A stretch of 64,000 nucleotides of DNA, from sequence record LC727698.1; one strand, given 5' to 3'. A program made the position numbers and the translations under genes. Below the pieces are notes generated by a model, which saw only the letters and a program-made list of their open reading frames with translations, ran no database searches and was not told where the DNA came from. Positions 37,902-47,445 of the stretch are shown here, one piece after another. Every line of letters begins with the position of its first letter. Position 1 is the first letter of the stretch.

Positions 37902-39335
37902 TTATGCTCCTTTATTTTTGTGCTCAGGGCACGGTTCGAATGTATTAAATCTAGATACTATAGTAGTTACTCCTGGCTGAGACATTCTATTATATCTATT
38001 TGCATCACTAAACTCAGGCAATATATTAGTTTTGCCATTAGTAGTAGGTGTACTTGCTTCAGTAGGAGAATCGGGCGCCGGTGGTTGCGGACCGTTCATA
38101 TGTATATTAGCACCTAACTCGATAATATCCCCACCTGCACTTAACCCATATGTTCCGTTAGTAGCAGTTGCTATCTGTCCTGCAGCTTGTAAATTATAAT
38201 TAGAACCTGCTTTTAAAGATATATCAACTCCGGCAGTGTTATGCAAACTGCCTCCTAATTGATTTAGTAATGTATCTTTTTGTGATTGAATATTTAAATT
38301 ATTATTAGCTTGTATAAATATATCTCCGCCTTGACCTGTTAGTTCCGGTGCTATGCCTCCGGTAGAAACAGTAGTATAGTCTTTAGATGCTTTAATGTTT
38401 ATATTTCTTCCTGCCTCTATATTAATATCTCTATCTGCTCGTATATTAAAATCTTCCATAAAACGTAAAGATCCGGATTTTGCACCAAATACATCTACGT
38501 TGCCCGAGTTATCTAATTCTATCCAAGCAGTGCCCAATTTATTAATTATATAAATTATTCCATTAGTTTCATCTAATCTTATTTGAGCACCAGATCTAGT
38601 TCTTAATGTGATATGTTCGGATGTGGGTTCATCATCCATAACGAACTGATGACCGCCATGCCTTCTTGCATTTGCACCGTCTATTACTGGACCTGGGGTA
38701 AGAATACCGAATACCTGACTAGGTGCTTCCCTGCGTGCAGATGATGAAGATACACCCCGTATATTATCGTTAATAAGCCCTTGCGTTTTTAATCCTTGGG
38801 CAAGACTAGCAACAGGTTTATTAATAGTTTGTGCATTTACTTTTTCTAGTGTGTTTTTATTATATTCGCCTACAGGTAGAGATTTGCCTGCTGTCTCATA
38901 ATTATTAACACTGCCAGCAACTGCAGGAATCATATGATTCATCTGTTGTTGCCATATGCATCCAAACCAAAATCCCTTTGCAGGGTCGCCGTTAGCAAAC
39001 ATTACAGCTACCTGATTTTCAAGATCTGGCGGAACTGCCCACATACCGTAAGATGTTTGTGTTTCGTGGAATGCAGATACATCTTGTGAGCCGCCGATTG
39101 TCATAGGATTAGTTGCGCCAGCAAATGGCGAACAGTATCCAACTAACAACCAACCAGATTCATCGCTCGGATCAGTACCGAATTCCGGTACCCAAACCCT
39201 AAGTCTTCCCATTCTGTTGCTATCGACATTATCTTTGACAAACCCAATATACATTCCGTAATATTTTTGTGCTCTGCCTGTCGGTGTTTTGCTAGCAGAC
39301 GGATTTACACCTACTGTTCTAGAATATGTACTCAT
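37902..39335 (-). CDS. gp5: Baseplate central spike, gp5-like (OB-fold plus beta-helix)
   Basis: G.VKDN.D..RMGRLRVW.P, PPD....V.V.F.NGD and HQFVMDD...I.LRT.SG.QI motifs. Confidence 0.8.
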   Translation of the reverse strand: MSTYSRTVGVNPSASKTPTGRAQKYYGMYIGFVKDNVDSNRMGRLRVWVPEFGTDPSDESGWLLVGYCSPFAGATNPMTIGGSQDVSAFHETQTSYGMWAVPPDLENQVAVMFANGDPAKGFWFGCIWQQQMNHMIPAVAGSVNNYETAGKSLPVGEYNKNTLEKVNAQTINKPVASLAQGLKTQGLINDNIRGVSSSSARREAPSQVFGILTPGPVIDGANARRHGGHQFVMDDEPTSEHITLRTRSGAQIRLDETNGIIYIINKLGTAWIELDNSGNVDVFGAKSGSLRFMEDFNIRADRDINIEAGRNINIKASKDYTTVSTGGIAPELTGQGGDIFIQANNNLNIQSQKDTLLNQLGGSLHNTAGVDISLKAGSNYNLQAAGQIATATNGTYGLSAGGDIIELGANIHMNGPQPPAPDSPTEASTPTTNGKTNILPEFSDANRYNRMSQPGVTTIVSRFNTFEPCPEHKNKGA

Positions 39336-41359
39336 TATTGATTAAACCTTTGGATGTCTATGTCTGTTATATCAGTTAATTTATCTCTTACTGCTTGCAA
39401 TTCTTGACGGAATATGCCTTTGGAAAAAACATGCTTTACTACTATAACTTGATATATGCCATTTATAATAGTATTTTGTTTCATTGAAGATGTTACTGTT
39501 CCTTCTATATAATTTAAATTAGGAGTCTGACTAGTAAACAAAAAGAATACTTGAGACGAAGTAGGATTAACATAAGATGTATTTGTACTGTTTATCCTAT
39601 CCTCTACGGTACTTATTTTATTAGTTGTAGGCGGACCTAGCCAATAAGGATCTCCTTTTATAGATAAATCTATTTTAAGCAATTCGGCGTTATCATCATA
39701 CATTATTTGAGAAAATAATGAAGATAAGAAAGATTTACCTGCATGATAGTTGTCTTCTACACCTATATCATCGTTTGAAGTATCTGGGGTTTCTATAGTT
39801 GTAATAGGAAGTTTACTTAATGAATCTGCAGTAGCATCTTCTATAAATTGTATGGCATTTTGCCTTACTTCGGTTTCTTGATCTGTGTCAGGATCTGCAT
39901 TTGTATTTCCTCTAATCCTTGCTTGCCTTCCTTTTGACACCAGAGACGATTGTTCTGTATTTGTATCTACAGTAGATACATTTCTAGGATCCTGGCGATC
40001 TGTACCGGGAGTAACTGTCGAATTAAATTTGCTTTTCACAGATGCACTTGTTGACATCTTCTGTTTTAATAATAACTGATCAGGAGACATTCTTCTACCT
40101 GGATCAACAGATGTATAGGTATCTACTGTTCCTGTTTGTCTAGGTAGCGTAGCATACCACATAAAATTAAATTTCAAATTAAAATCTAATATTTGATCAT
40201 TTAATCCAGTAAATAGATAATTATAATGCTTTCTTAGTACACTTCTACCTAAATATTCATTAAATCTGTTTTCTGAAGACTCAGGTGTAACTCTAGATTC
40301 ATCCTTCGATGCAACTATTGTCATTGTATCGTACGGTACGATAACATACCTAAAATTCCTAGCATAATCCCCTCTTCCTGGGTCATATTCTAGCGTGTCT
40401 ACTTGAGACAAAACCCTATATAATTTTTTAACCATAGACCTATTCGGATCTGGATTAAATTGGGGGTGAGCCGGTACATCTGAACCTGCAATTTCCTTTT
40501 CAATAACTTCTGTAGAATTTATTATAGTTTCAATTATATACTGAATACTAGTATTATCATAAAACTGAACAGTAGTTACTGAGTTATCATCCACTACATA
40601 GTCAGATAGTCTGTCAATTGTTTGGTCGGAATTAGATATTTTTAACGGAGCATTTATTAATCTCTCATCCGAAATTATTATTTCGTACTTATCTGGCTTC
40701 AATTGTTTATTAGATGCTCGCTGTGGCTGTCTATCATTGAGTGATTGTTTTAATTTTTCTAACATTTCGCCTACAGTTTTGCCAGAAAGAGATATACCTT
40801 GTTGCATATCGCCGTATTGGTTTGTATATCCTAGTTCACTGTATACTGCTCCTACAAAATCATAAGTTGTACCCGATCCTGTAACAACCATATCCATTTT
40901 AGTTATAGTAATAGGAAATACCCATTTTGCCTTCATAACAGACGGCAACGAAGAAGTTGTTGTTCTACCTTTAAAAGTCAATTCCATAAAATATGGTGCT
41001 TTTAAGTAATTATCTATACCTAAACTAACAGCAGATGCATATAACTGATCTAACATACTACTGCCATGTGGTTCTTGAATTTTAAAAGATAATGTTGTAG
41101 ACTCGCCCGTGCCGGTTTCTACTGTCATTCCAGGGACAGTTGTTAATATGAAGTCGTCTATACCTAATCCAGTAACACCCGATTCTGCAATTGTTATTTG
41201 CCTAGACCTGTCTAATACATTATTGTTTACTATATCTTCTATAGAGCACATATATAGTCGTAAATGATAAGTAGTGCTAGTTATAGAATCTAATGGATTA
41301 GGTAAAAACGGATACATATTTGTATCCGTATTAGTAGGAGTAGGTTTGTTTAATGACAT
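39335..41359 (-). CDS. Baseplate hub/tail protein (gp27-like position)
   Basis: IAESGVT, I.GDP.WL and G.Y....V.H.F..G.F.Q.L motifs; synteny with gp5. Confidence 0.55.
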   Translation of the reverse strand: MSLNKPTPTNTDTNMYPFLPNPLDSITSTTYHLRLYMCSIEDIVNNNVLDRSRQITIAESGVTGLGIDDFILTTVPGMTVETGTGESTTLSFKIQEPHGSSMLDQLYASAVSLGIDNYLKAPYFMELTFKGRTTTSSLPSVMKAKWVFPITITKMDMVVTGSGTTYDFVGAVYSELGYTNQYGDMQQGISLSGKTVGEMLEKLKQSLNDRQPQRASNKQLKPDKYEIIISDERLINAPLKISNSDQTIDRLSDYVVDDNSVTTVQFYDNTSIQYIIETIINSTEVIEKEIAGSDVPAHPQFNPDPNRSMVKKLYRVLSQVDTLEYDPGRGDYARNFRYVIVPYDTMTIVASKDESRVTPESSENRFNEYLGRSVLRKHYNYLFTGLNDQILDFNLKFNFMWYATLPRQTGTVDTYTSVDPGRRMSPDQLLLKQKMSTSASVKSKFNSTVTPGTDRQDPRNVSTVDTNTEQSSLVSKGRQARIRGNTNADPDTDQETEVRQNAIQFIEDATADSLSKLPITTIETPDTSNDDIGVEDNYHAGKSFLSSLFSQIMYDDNAELLKIDLSIKGDPYWLGPPTTNKISTVEDRINSTNTSYVNPTSSQVFFLFTSQTPNLNYIEGTVTSSMKQNTIINGIYQVIVVKHVFSKGIFRQELQAVRDKLTDITDIDIQRFNQ

Positions 41360-41658
41360 TAAATTATACCTTCTAACGATTCTATAGTGGGTGCATATAT
41401 AGATTTTCCTGCAGTAAAATCGTATATAGGATCGATTAATTCATCCATATTTCTTACCGCAAATACCCACCAAAGTTCTTCTGTTCCGTATAAATCATAC
41501 GAAAGCAAATCGGGTCTTTGATCATATTTAGGTGCAATAACAATTAATTCATCAGTTATATTAGGTAATATTTTCCTAGGAACCCATAAATCTAAATAAA
41601 AATCTTTTATAGGTGTATCATAATATCGGCTTTTCGTAGAAGAAATGTTATTTGCCAT
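41359..41658 (-). CDS. gp53: Baseplate wedge protein, gp53/LysM-like
   Basis: YDQRPDLLSYDLYG...LWWVFA..N...DPIYDF..G. Confidence 0.75.
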   Translation of the reverse strand: MANNISSTKSRYYDTPIKDFYLDLWVPRKILPNITDELIVIAPKYDQRPDLLSYDLYGTEELWWVFAVRNMDELIDPIYDFTAGKSIYAPTIESLEGII

Positions 41659-42293
41659 TATATAAATCCTTTATTATTCTTCAGTAACTCACCTGTCCTA
41701 AATTTACTTAGATCGAATGTCTGTCTAACCTCTTGGGGGTTATATTGAGGTTCTAACGTTATAGTCATAGTTAATTGAGTAGGAACATCTGTATTTTCAC
41801 TTATATTGTTAAATCTTACAGGGACATAATCTACTTTGTTGTCTAAAATAATACTGAAATTTTTAACAACTACTGGCACATTTTTGAACATGTATGTTCC
41901 TAAGTAATTAAATGATAAAATAGGCGGCGGAGTGCCTGCTCTTACTAAATCTGTTTGTCCAAAGTAATTTTTTGTTACTGTTCGCATAAAATGCATTGCT
42001 GCTAATGTATACCTTGCCTCTACATCTGTTTGTGATGTAAATATTGCTTCTACTGATATGGGCTGAGGTGCAGATTTAACATATGCAAGGTATTTGTAGT
42101 TAGTATGAGTAAAATGAAAGGATTCATCGTATTCTGCATCTGCTGCTAATGTAACTATCGGTCTGAACGGAAATATCAAACCGCCTGTCTTTTTTAGAGG
42201 TGCAAGAATGTTAACAAGCTGGTCGTTACTTTCTCCAAATAAATCATTTGCAGCTAACGCATTCTTTGGTTTTAAAATTGCTCTACTATCCAC
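41658..42293 (-). CDS. Tail tube initiator / baseplate-tail junction protein (gp48/gp54-like)
   Basis: G.IFPF.P, PPP...F..LG..MF.NVPVV...F motifs. Confidence 0.6.
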   Translation of the reverse strand: MDSRAILKPKNALAANDLFGESNDQLVNILAPLKKTGGLIFPFRPIVTLAADAEYDESFHFTHTNYKYLAYVKSAPQPISVEAIFTSQTDVEARYTLAAMHFMRTVTKNYFGQTDLVRAGTPPPILSFNYLGTYMFKNVPVVVKNFSIILDNKVDYVPVRFNNISENTDVPTQLTMTITLEPQYNPQEVRQTFDLSKFRTGELLKNNKGFI

Positions 42294-42395
42294 GATATAT
42301 AATCTCTTTTATATATTTATCAGTAGGTTTATATGCTAATATTTGACTTTGAAAATGTTTTGTTGTAAAATAATAATAAAAAGCATGGATGCAAA

Positions 42396-43238
42396 ATGAA
42401 TACAAAAATTGTAGTTAATTATATTAATAATAAAGAAATGTTAAAGGAAATACATCGTAGTAAAAATTCATTCTGCGAATATATTTCCCCGGAATATAAA
42501 GATTACGATATTATCTTTACTTCAAAAGAAGACTGTCTGAAACAAGAAAATATAAACGCAGCAATACTCAAACGAGCAGAGCGTTTAACTCAAGTACAGA
42601 TAGATGAATACGCATTGAGAACAAATACTAGTTCTAAAAAAGCAAAAGCATCTATAACCCAAGTAGATCCTGCAACAATAAATAAACATGATGTTGTTTT
42701 TCGTGTTATAACATACGAACATATTCCAGAAGATCATGATAGGAAAAAGACAAAAAAATCAATTAAAGACTATCATGTTAAGTTAAATTTTACTCCTTTT
42801 AAGCATTTTATTATAGACGAAAATAATAACTTAGTAGAAGTAGGCAGAAGCCACAGCAAAAAAGGAGAGTTTTGCTTAACTGGAGGATCTATATCAGATA
42901 GATTAGCAAAAATGTTTATGTTGTTAATTGACAAATTCGGTCAAAAAAGCAACTGGCGTGGATATTCATATCTAGATGAAATGAAGGGACAAGCTTTACT
43001 TCAGTTAGCGTCTATGGGGTTGCAATTCGACGAACATTTAAGTGATAATCCCTTTGCATATTACACTTCGTCTATAAACAATTCTTTTACTAGGGTATTC
43101 AACATAGAAAAACGTAATCAAATAATCAGGGATGATTTATTACAAAATATGGGACAAAATCCTAGCCTTACTAGACAATTAGAACACGATGAGCAAATTC
43201 GGTTGCTCAGAGAATTAAATGATTCTAAAGATGATTAA
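42396..43238 (+). CDS. gp55: Late-transcription sigma factor, gp55-like
   Basis: YINNKE.L.EI, NW.GY.Y..EM and NPFAYYT motifs; sigma70 promoter TTGACT-N17-TAAAAT (42343-42371). Confidence 0.85.
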   Translation: MNTKIVVNYINNKEMLKEIHRSKNSFCEYISPEYKDYDIIFTSKEDCLKQENINAAILKRAERLTQVQIDEYALRTNTSSKKAKASITQVDPATINKHDVVFRVITYEHIPEDHDRKKTKKSIKDYHVKLNFTPFKHFIIDENNNLVEVGRSHSKKGEFCLTGGSISDRLAKMFMLLIDKFGQKSNWRGYSYLDEMKGQALLQLASMGLQFDEHLSDNPFAYYTSSINNSFTRVFNIEKRNQIIRDDLLQNMGQNPSLTRQLEHDEQIRLLRELNDSKDD

Positions 43239-43249
43239 AAGGATTTAAA

Positions 43250-44263
43250 GTGGGTAATTTATTTAAGAAAGTTGCATGTTTTAGTGATATTCACTTCGGA
43301 TTGCATCATAACTCTAAAATTCACAATCAAGACTGTGAAGATTTCATTAAGTGGTTTTGTAAAACTGCTAAAGAAAAAAATGCAGAAACATGTATATTTT
43401 TAGGCGATTGGCATCATACAAGAAACACCATTAATGTATCTACGCTAAACTACACTATGTCTAGTTTAGAACTACTAAACGATACGTTCGAAAAAGTATA
43501 TTTTATCACTGGCAATCATGACCTTATGTATAGAGAAAAAAGAGAAGTACATTCTATTCCGATGGGTCACAAATATCCTAATATAGTTATGATAGAAGAT
43601 CCGTTAGAACAAGGAGATGTATCTATTCTACCGTGGTTAGTAGGAGATGAATGGAAAGACGTTCCTAAAATAAAAGCAAAATATTTGTTTGGGCATTTAG
43701 AAATTCCAGGATTTAAACTAAATGCAATGGTAGAAATGCCCGATGTAGGAGAAATAAAATCCGAACATTTTGTTAATCAAACATATGTATTTTCTGGACA
43801 TTTTCATAAGAGACAAGTAAATGGAAAAATTAATTATATCGGCAATCCATTTGGTCACAACTATTCTGATGTATGGGATTTTGATAGGGGTGCAATGTTT
43901 TTAGAATGGGGAGGGGAGCCTGAATATGTTAATTACGAAGACGGACCCAGGTTCATATCCACTACATTGAAACAAATACTAGAAAATCCAGATTATTATC
44001 TTAAGCCAAAAACTCACGTAAAAGCAACTATAGATGTAGATATAACATACGAAGAAGCCAATTTCTTACGTGAAACATTCTTGTCTTCATATAAAGTTAG
44101 AGAATTTAAATTATTACAGTCTAAATATAGCGAACACGAAATAGAAAGTGATACTGAAACTGAATTCGAAACTGTAGATGAAATTGTTATTTCCGAACTA
44201 ACTAATATTCAAAGTGATAACTTTGATAAAAACATACTTATAAGCATTTACACAAACCTATAA
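43250..44263 (+). CDS. gp47: Recombination endonuclease subunit (Mre11/SbcD-like)
   Basis: Metallophosphoesterase motifs SDIH, GDW.H, GNHD, GHFH. Confidence 0.9.
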   Translation: MGNLFKKVACFSDIHFGLHHNSKIHNQDCEDFIKWFCKTAKEKNAETCIFLGDWHHTRNTINVSTLNYTMSSLELLNDTFEKVYFITGNHDLMYREKREVHSIPMGHKYPNIVMIEDPLEQGDVSILPWLVGDEWKDVPKIKAKYLFGHLEIPGFKLNAMVEMPDVGEIKSEHFVNQTYVFSGHFHKRQVNGKINYIGNPFGHNYSDVWDFDRGAMFLEWGGEPEYVNYEDGPRFISTTLKQILENPDYYLKPKTHVKATIDVDITYEEANFLRETFLSSYKVREFKLLQSKYSEHEIESDTETEFETVDEIVISELTNIQSDNFDKNILISIYTNL

Positions 44264-46017
44264 TGTTAAAATTTAAATCTATATCAATGCGAAATTTTAT
44301 GTCTGTCGGTAATAATACACAGACTATATTGCTAGACGAAAACGATCTAACATTAGTTTTAGGAGAAAATTTAGATCTCGGTGGCAATGACAGTAAAAAC
44401 GGAACCGGTAAGACTGCAAAATTAAATGCACTTTCATACGCACTCTTTGGTACAGCATTAACTAATATAAGAAAAGAAAATCTAATTAATAAAACAAATG
44501 AAAAAAATATGTATGTTAAATTAGAATTTTTGTTGAATAATAAAGAGTACAAAATAGAAAGGGGAAGAAAACCCAATATATTTAAAGTTATAATCAACAA
44601 CAAAGAATTAGAAACAGACGAAACTGACGAAGCGCAAGGCGACAGCAGACAAACACAACTTGCATTAGAAAAGGAATTAGGTTTTAGTCATAATATGTTT
44701 AAAAACATAATTGCACTAAACACTTATTCCACTCCTTTTCTCTCTATGAAAACTACCGAACAAAGAGAATTAATAGAACAACTGCTAGGCATAACTAAAC
44801 TAAGTGAAAAAGCAGATATTCTAAAAAATTTAGTTAAAGATACTAAAGATAGAATTAAAGAAGAAGAATTTAGAATTAAAGCAATCCAAGAAGCAAATAA
44901 AAGCATAGAACAAAACATTGCTTCTATGGAACTTAGAAGCAAAGCCTGGGATAAAAGACATTTAGATACTTTACAAGAATACAGAGAATCGCTAGAGCAT
45001 CTAAATAAAATAGATATAGATACTGAAATAGAAATGCATAAAGTTTTAAAAGAGATTTCTATTAAAGAAAGAGAAAAAAATGATATTTTAAAAGAATATA
45101 ATATTGTAGAACGAGAAATACAGTCATTATCTACAACAGTATCTCACCTTTCGTCACAATTACTAAAAACTACAGAACACAACGAATGTCCTACATGCGG
45201 GCAAGAATTAAATGATAGTCATACTTCATTAACTGAATCTTTAAAATTAAAGTTAGAATCTGCAACTAATTCACTTAAAGAAAAAGAAAATGAAAAAGAA
45301 TTAATTTTAAATACATTGAATTCTATTTTTATACCGGAAAAACCATCTACGTTTTATTCGTCTTTAGATGATGTTTATAATCATAAAACTATGATTAATA
45401 CACTAGAGCATTCTATAGAAAAAGAAGAAATGCTAACTAACCCTCACGTAGAAAATGTTTCTATTTTACGGGATAGTATAAAACAAGTCGATTTCGAAAC
45501 TATTAATACGTTAGTTTCGCTGCGAGATCATCAAGAATTTTTATTAAAACTGCTAACCTCAAAAGATAGTTTTATAAGAAAAAAGATTATAGATCAAAAT
45601 TTATCGTATCTAAATACAAGACTTGCACACTACTTAATAAAAATAGGATTGCCACACGAAGTAAAATTTATGTCTGATCTAGAAGTTCAGATTACAGAAC
45701 ACGGCAGAGAATTAGATTTTGATAATTTAAGTAGAGGTGAACGCACCCGTTTAATTCTTTCACTAAGTTGGGCATTCAGGGATGTATTTGAAAGTCTTAA
45801 CTATAAAATAAATCTGCTGTATATAGACGAATTAATAGACAATGGATTAGATACTAGAGGTGTAGAATCTGCTCTAAGCATTCTAAAACAAATGTCAAGG
45901 GATTCTAGCAGAAAAGTATTTTTAGTGTCACACAGAGAAGAATTAATTGGACGAGTCGATGTTCAACTAAAAGCAGTAAAAGAAGGTGGATTTACTTCTT
46001 ATACAATCGAAGGATAA
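44263..46017 (+). CDS. gp46: Recombination ATPase subunit (Rad50/SbcC-like)
   Basis: Walker A NGTGKT, CPTC zinc hook, LSRGE signature, Walker B YIDE..D.GLD. Confidence 0.92.
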   Translation: MLKFKSISMRNFMSVGNNTQTILLDENDLTLVLGENLDLGGNDSKNGTGKTAKLNALSYALFGTALTNIRKENLINKTNEKNMYVKLEFLLNNKEYKIERGRKPNIFKVIINNKELETDETDEAQGDSRQTQLALEKELGFSHNMFKNIIALNTYSTPFLSMKTTEQRELIEQLLGITKLSEKADILKNLVKDTKDRIKEEEFRIKAIQEANKSIEQNIASMELRSKAWDKRHLDTLQEYRESLEHLNKIDIDTEIEMHKVLKEISIKEREKNDILKEYNIVEREIQSLSTTVSHLSSQLLKTTEHNECPTCGQELNDSHTSLTESLKLKLESATNSLKEKENEKELILNTLNSIFIPEKPSTFYSSLDDVYNHKTMINTLEHSIEKEEMLTNPHVENVSILRDSIKQVDFETINTLVSLRDHQEFLLKLLTSKDSFIRKKIIDQNLSYLNTRLAHYLIKIGLPHEVKFMSDLEVQITEHGRELDFDNLSRGERTRLILSLSWAFRDVFESLNYKINLLYIDELIDNGLDTRGVESALSILKQMSRDSSRKVFLVSHREELIGRVDVQLKAVKEGGFTSYTIEG

Positions 46018-46029
46018 TAAAAAAGAGGC

Positions 46030-46779
46030 TTAAGCCTCTTTTTTATTAGTTTCTATTTTTGCTTTATCTAGTTGCTGTTTACTAATATATTTCGCATTAA
46101 TTGTTATATTTTTGTTATCTCTTGCTTTAGTTAACCTATGAGCACCGTCTATTACATATAGTTTACCGTTGTCTTTATACACTATTATAGGGATGCTCAC
46201 ATCGGCAGCTTTTACTCTCGACGGCGCTAATTTGGTATATCGTAATATCCATGTTAAGTCTTTTATTTTAACACTTTCTACAGGAGCATGCTCTGTACTT
46301 CTAAAAATATCATCTAATCTATATTCATTACCATTATGCGTTAACGTACTATGTTTACCTTCTGAATAAGATTCAGAAATAGTATTAATATTGTTGCCTA
46401 TGTTAGATATTCTTGTTAAACTAGATTTAGTATTAGAAGCTATTATGTCTCTACTATCTCCCGATCCTTTAAAATCGTAAACAATTATTCTTACTACATC
46501 GGGGAATATAGAAGATTTATTTACTTTAAGTCTTTTTATACGGTTACCCTGGTTGTCGTATAATGTTTCGTCAATTATATTAATATTAAAAGATTTTGCT
46601 AAATCCTTTGCAGTAATACCTACCTCTGCAGGCGATTCTTTAGAATATCTAGCCCTATTATCTATTACTAACTCGGTATTGTTGAAAAATGGATATTTAT
46701 TCAATACATTGTTTAGTATTTTTTTAAATTTTGTATCTATAGGCTTAAACGGTAAAATCTCACCTTCTATAAATCTCAT
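46030..46779 (-). CDS. Hypothetical protein with C-terminal ParB/Srx-like domain
   Basis: PIIV......YVIDGAHRL motif. Confidence 0.55.
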   Translation of the reverse strand: MRFIEGEILPFKPIDTKFKKILNNVLNKYPFFNNTELVIDNRARYSKESPAEVGITAKDLAKSFNINIIDETLYDNQGNRIKRLKVNKSSIFPDVVRIIVYDFKGSGDSRDIIASNTKSSLTRISNIGNNINTISESYSEGKHSTLTHNGNEYRLDDIFRSTEHAPVESVKIKDLTWILRYTKLAPSRVKAADVSIPIIVYKDNGKLYVIDGAHRLTKARDNKNITINAKYISKQQLDKAKIETNKKEA

Positions 46780-46781
46780 TA

Positions 46782-47279
46782 TTATTTACTCAGCTGTTTT
46801 ACTTTCTCTTTATTCTCTTCTGTCCAGAAATTATTCCAACTACAGAATACCCAACCCTTATAATCTATACTATTATTTACTTTAATACCGGTTTTTTCTT
46901 CAAATACTACCCATTTGCCTTGCCGCGTTATTTTTATAAAAATAATATTAAAATCACCTTCGCTAGCAGTATCGCGTACCTGTGATATCCATGTATCTAA
47001 CTGTTTGCACTCTCCTTCGAACAACGAAGTAAATGAAAATTTTGCATACGATTTACATTCAGAATTAAAATGTTCCCATGTATCTGGAGGGAAAATATCA
47101 CCTTTATAGGATTTGATTTGATTATTACCTAGTGATGTTTTTCTGACAGAATTTTGTCCTCCTATAAAGGCACCTGAATGTGCTGTTCTAGTAAAGGGTT
47201 CGTTGTAAAATGAGGTAAGATCTTTTGCTACATCTCGTTCCCAGCTACTACCTTTAATTTTACTTTTCGATCCAGACAT
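46782..47279 (-). CDS. Holliday junction resolvase (Hjc-like PD-(D/E)xK)
   Basis: SK.KG..WERDVAK.L, GDI and ECK motifs. Confidence 0.75.
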   Translation of the reverse strand: MSGSKSKIKGSSWERDVAKDLTSFYNEPFTRTAHSGAFIGGQNSVRKTSLGNNQIKSYKGDIFPPDTWEHFNSECKSYAKFSFTSLFEGECKQLDTWISQVRDTASEGDFNIIFIKITRQGKWVVFEEKTGIKVNNSIDYKGWVFCSWNNFWTEENKEKVKQLSK

Positions 47280-47410
47280 GTTTTGTTAACCTTTTATATA
47301 CCTGTTAAATTTTACATTATTTAGTTAATTTTATACCCATATAATACTGTCGAGATAAATATGTGTGTAGATAACTTATAGCATTATTTTTAACGATTTT
47401 AGTACAATGG

Positions 47411-47439
47411 TTGACAGTATTAATATCGTATGCTATAAT
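47411..47439 (+). promoter_or_regulatory. Consensus sigma70 promoter with extended -10
   Basis: TTGACA-N17-TATAAT with TG at -15/-14; no ORF of 60 aa or more follows for 1.35 kb. Confidence 0.9.
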
Positions 47440-47445
47440 CCGCAA

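Noticed and set aside
44395-44450. Atypical residues after the gp46 Walker A (GKTAKLNAL)
   Set aside because: The GKT core and all other Rad50 motifs are intact, so there is no evidence of inactivation.
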